Below, in pieces: positions 60,910 to 64,000 of a stretch of DNA of 64,000 nucleotides. Numbering within the stretch: position 1 is the first letter of the stretch; each line of letters begins with the position of its first letter. The position numbers were made by a program, and so were the translations under genes. This stretch comes from Dudresnaya verticillata (lineage: Eukaryota): the NCBI GenBank assembly GCA_977862235.1, contig OZ374564.1, positions 2,604,001 to 2,668,000 of the forward strand. The letters run 5' to 3'. Below the pieces are notes generated by a model. It worked only from the letters and a program-made list of their open reading frames with translations, was not told the DNA's origin and did not search any database.

Positions 60910-63870
60910 AGTGGAGACACCACATTGAAGAATCGGGCTCAGGAGTCGAGGCCACAGTAGCTGCCGCAGACACAACGGGAGTACTGTACGCCACAATAGC
61001 GTATCTTATTGGTCGGACGAGATATTAATTATCATCGCACCACTCAGACGCTCCCTGCGCGCACCTACTCACCCTAACGTCGGCCGCAATTAATTACCTT
61101 CGTCTTTCCCAAAAGTCGAACACGGCTAAGTCAACAAACGCGATCGCCTTGAGCTCGAGCATGCACAAAACGGGATTCCGTAACGACTACCCCGACCCGA
61201 CGACGTCCTGGAGCAACCGTTCCCCCATGGGGTGGCGAACGCTTCGGCATAGGTCATAGGCAACACGCGGAATTCCGCAACTCAGTACGGGTCCTTCAAA
61301 GCTAAGCGCCACGCGCACGACCCCTCTGATATGGGGCCCCATAACGCCCCTTTTGGCTAACTACTGAGGCACACCTCTACACAGGCCGCCACAATTCGCA
61401 GCTGCGACTAGTCTCGCACTACCGCTGCCTACAAGTCGTCGCCGACTGACCCTACCTAAGCAGTTATGCACAAAACGGAACTCCCTAAGCCCTTAACCTA
61501 ACCATCAATGGTATTGCGTGCACACCGCCCCCTCCCTACGACGAGGGGATGCATTCGCATACATCGGCCCAATGCAGTGCTGCCTAAGTGGGAACTACCA
61601 CTACTTCCCTCATTACCGTGGCACTCCACACGATCGATCGCCCGCATCCTGGCCAATGCTATAGGCGGACACTACGCTACGCGGCATTCCGCTCTCCTCA
61701 CTACACTCCGTCCCACTTCGTCGAACTCGACTAGACACTTACGGACCTATTTGCGTTCGCCTCGCCGCTGCCGATACGGGCCCGCGTGCATCGTGGGCAA
61801 CCCCGCCCGGTAACAGGGGTCTGCCCACACAATTAATGTGGTGAGTCCACAGTAGATGACTAGCCCACTGTACACGCCGCAAGTCACGTGACGTAGGCCA
61901 TGCTGTCGCCCCTCCTTGGGCAGTGGCGGCACCAGGAGGTGCTGCCCCAATCAAATATAACAAGCATGCATACAACCCTCACCCAGCGGAAAACCGCAAG
62001 CAACCGCCGCCATCTTCCGCAAGGCGACTGCGACTAAGTCAGCAAAGGGCACTATGCACAAAACGGAATTCCGTAATGGCCCCCCCAAGCCACAAACGGC
62101 CTTGAGCATCTGCTCCCCCATCAACAGGGGAACGCCTTGGCTCAGGTCGTACACAAAAAGCGGACTTCCGCATCGCGGGGTACTCGCGTCAAAAACGCAA
62201 AGCAATGCTCGCGACTCCTCTGATATGGTGCTCCCCATAACGCCCCTTTTGGCCCAACTACTGAGGAACACCTCTACACCGACTGCGTCCAAGCGCAGTC
62301 ACGCGCTACTACCGCCACATTATTCGCATACGTGGTAGCCCCCACGACGGGCACCCGCGATCAAGCCCACCGGTATCAAGTCGCGTTGATATTTCGCGGC
62401 ATTTCCGCTCCCCTAAACTATGCCGTCCCGTCGACGTTGTCCCATCACACTACGTCGAACTCGACTAGGTCGTTGGACGGCCCACTTAGGGTCGTCTCCC
62501 CGCATAACTATGGTTGAGTCTACTCAGAGCAACGCTGGCGCGAATGGGTCAGTATGCCCAAAGTCAACCATGCCCGACAACAGCTGTCTGTACAGGCGCA
62601 CGATTAATGTGGCGGTACCACAGTACCGGACTGGGCTACTGTACTCCCTTCAGGTCACGTGCCTCAGGCCACGCTATGGATTTCCATTGGATAATAATGG
62701 TGCCGGCGTTTTCCGCACCAATCATCTGCGTGTGTCCACACAGAGGCCCACTCTAGCGGACGACCGCAAGTACACCTCATCCCCCAAGTCATGCACGACT
62801 AAGTTGCAATTGCGAGCTATGACCAAAACGGGATTCCGTATTCAACACCCCTGGCCGCCAACGGCCTTGAGCATTCGCAGCTCCAGCGACGGGGAAACCC
62901 CTACGTCCAAGTCGCTAACGAAATGTGGACTTCCACGCTGAGCGGCACGCGCCTCACTGGCGACATATCGCGGCCCGTCGCTCGCCGGCATATGCCTGTG
63001 CGAACCGATACGCATTACCACTCGCAAAAGGGGAACTCCTCTGCAGCGACGCGCCGCATTACGGCAATCAGGAAAACAAACGGGCAAACTTTTAATAAGT
63101 CCTGGTTATGGCGACGCTCTCCCTACTACAGTGCATGGGCTAGTCCCACAGGGTCGGTTGCCCCACACCACATGTCGACGATCGACTAGATATGAGCAGG
63201 CCCGCTTGGGCCCGCTCCATCCTCGCCATCCGGGTTATACCCCTTGTCCATAGCAGCCTCGAGGAGCTCCTCGTCGCTGCCGCGGATGGCAATCTCGGGA
63301 ATTCCCGTCCGACGCAGAAAGCCGATCACGGCAATACGCTGACTCAAACTCATCCGCACGCGACGTGGGCGAGGCTGGAACTTGTCGATTTTCGACTTAG
63401 TGCTCCGTTAGAGTGTGCAGTACTGCAAAAAGAGGAAATGTCTCATACACGGCCCATTTATGATACAAATTGGAAACGGCCGCAAGACACCGAGACAGGG
63501 GCCGCAGCGACCCCCTGAGTAGCCCTACGGTTACCGCGGTTACTGTAATGCACTTACAGTGGTCCGGACCGGACGGTCCACTAGAGGACCAATCGGCCCA
63601 TGAAGAGGACCAGTCGGTCCACTAACTGGACCGATGTGAGGAAAATGTGTGAGGATGGCGTACCACGTAAACATTGAACAGGTCGGTTCGGCTGTGGAGA
63701 CCGTCGGACACCTCGTACCGTCCACTGCCTTCCGGAATGAATGCAAAAGTCGGATTGCCACATATGGACCTATAACTATTGACTTTTGTGCTTTCTGAGA
63801 AGGGAGCGTAATCTTCAGTGGGATATCCACATCGTTCGTGGGTTGGGCTCGCAGGGGCTCACCTCTTAAC

Positions 63871-63880
63871 GGGGGGGAGA
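63871..63880 (+). other. Polypurine tract of Gypsy 2
   Basis: GGGGGGGAGA directly before the 3' LTR. Confidence 0.92.
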
Positions 63881-64000
63881 TGTGGTGCAACTCACCTGTG
63901 CTCATTTCCCTCAAATCGCGGATTCACCGCCAGCAACGTACTTGGGGACTGCCCCTGTAAGGCGCCCGGCCTGACAGTGCCCGGCGCCCTCTGCCAGCAA
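63881..64000 (+). repeat. 3' LTR of Gypsy 2 (partial)
   Basis: Matches 52540-52659 with one mismatch. Confidence 0.97.

Larger units (their letters stand above)
52540..64000 (+). mobile_element. Ty3/Gypsy chromodomain LTR retrotransposon 2 (~12 kb, 3' LTR runs off window)
   Basis: Two LTR starts (52540, 63881) differing at 1 of 120 comparable bases; PBS, gag, PR-RT-RH-IN-chromodomain, PPT. Confidence 0.97.

Overview
Eukaryotic, transposon-dense, nearly intron-free DNA. The TE inventory and gene style suggest a red alga or similar protist, but that is inference. Left to right: (1) the 3' half of a chromodomain Ty3/Gypsy element with a long antisense extra ORF (1-4811), inserted into a dead PIF/Harbinger transposon (4812-6952); (2) LINE remnants and a tRNA-derived SINE that share one 3' tail; (3) a ~31.5 kb tandem array (unit 9279 bp, ~3.4 copies) carrying three unrelated small secreted proteins, one with many amino-acid changes between copies; (4) a divergent E2F/DP-family (DP-like) gene broken by a 1-nt homopolymer frameshift; (5) a nest in which a DIRS-type retroelement is cut by an element starting CACTA, which is itself cut by a young Gypsy element (52540-64000). 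The best novelty candidate is the CACTA-like element: it encodes a bacterial-type beta-class amino-DNA methyltransferase (DPPY motif, then the SAM-binding motif) fused to a C-terminal domain resembling En/Spm TnpA/ORF2. All family calls are by eye from motifs; no searches were run.
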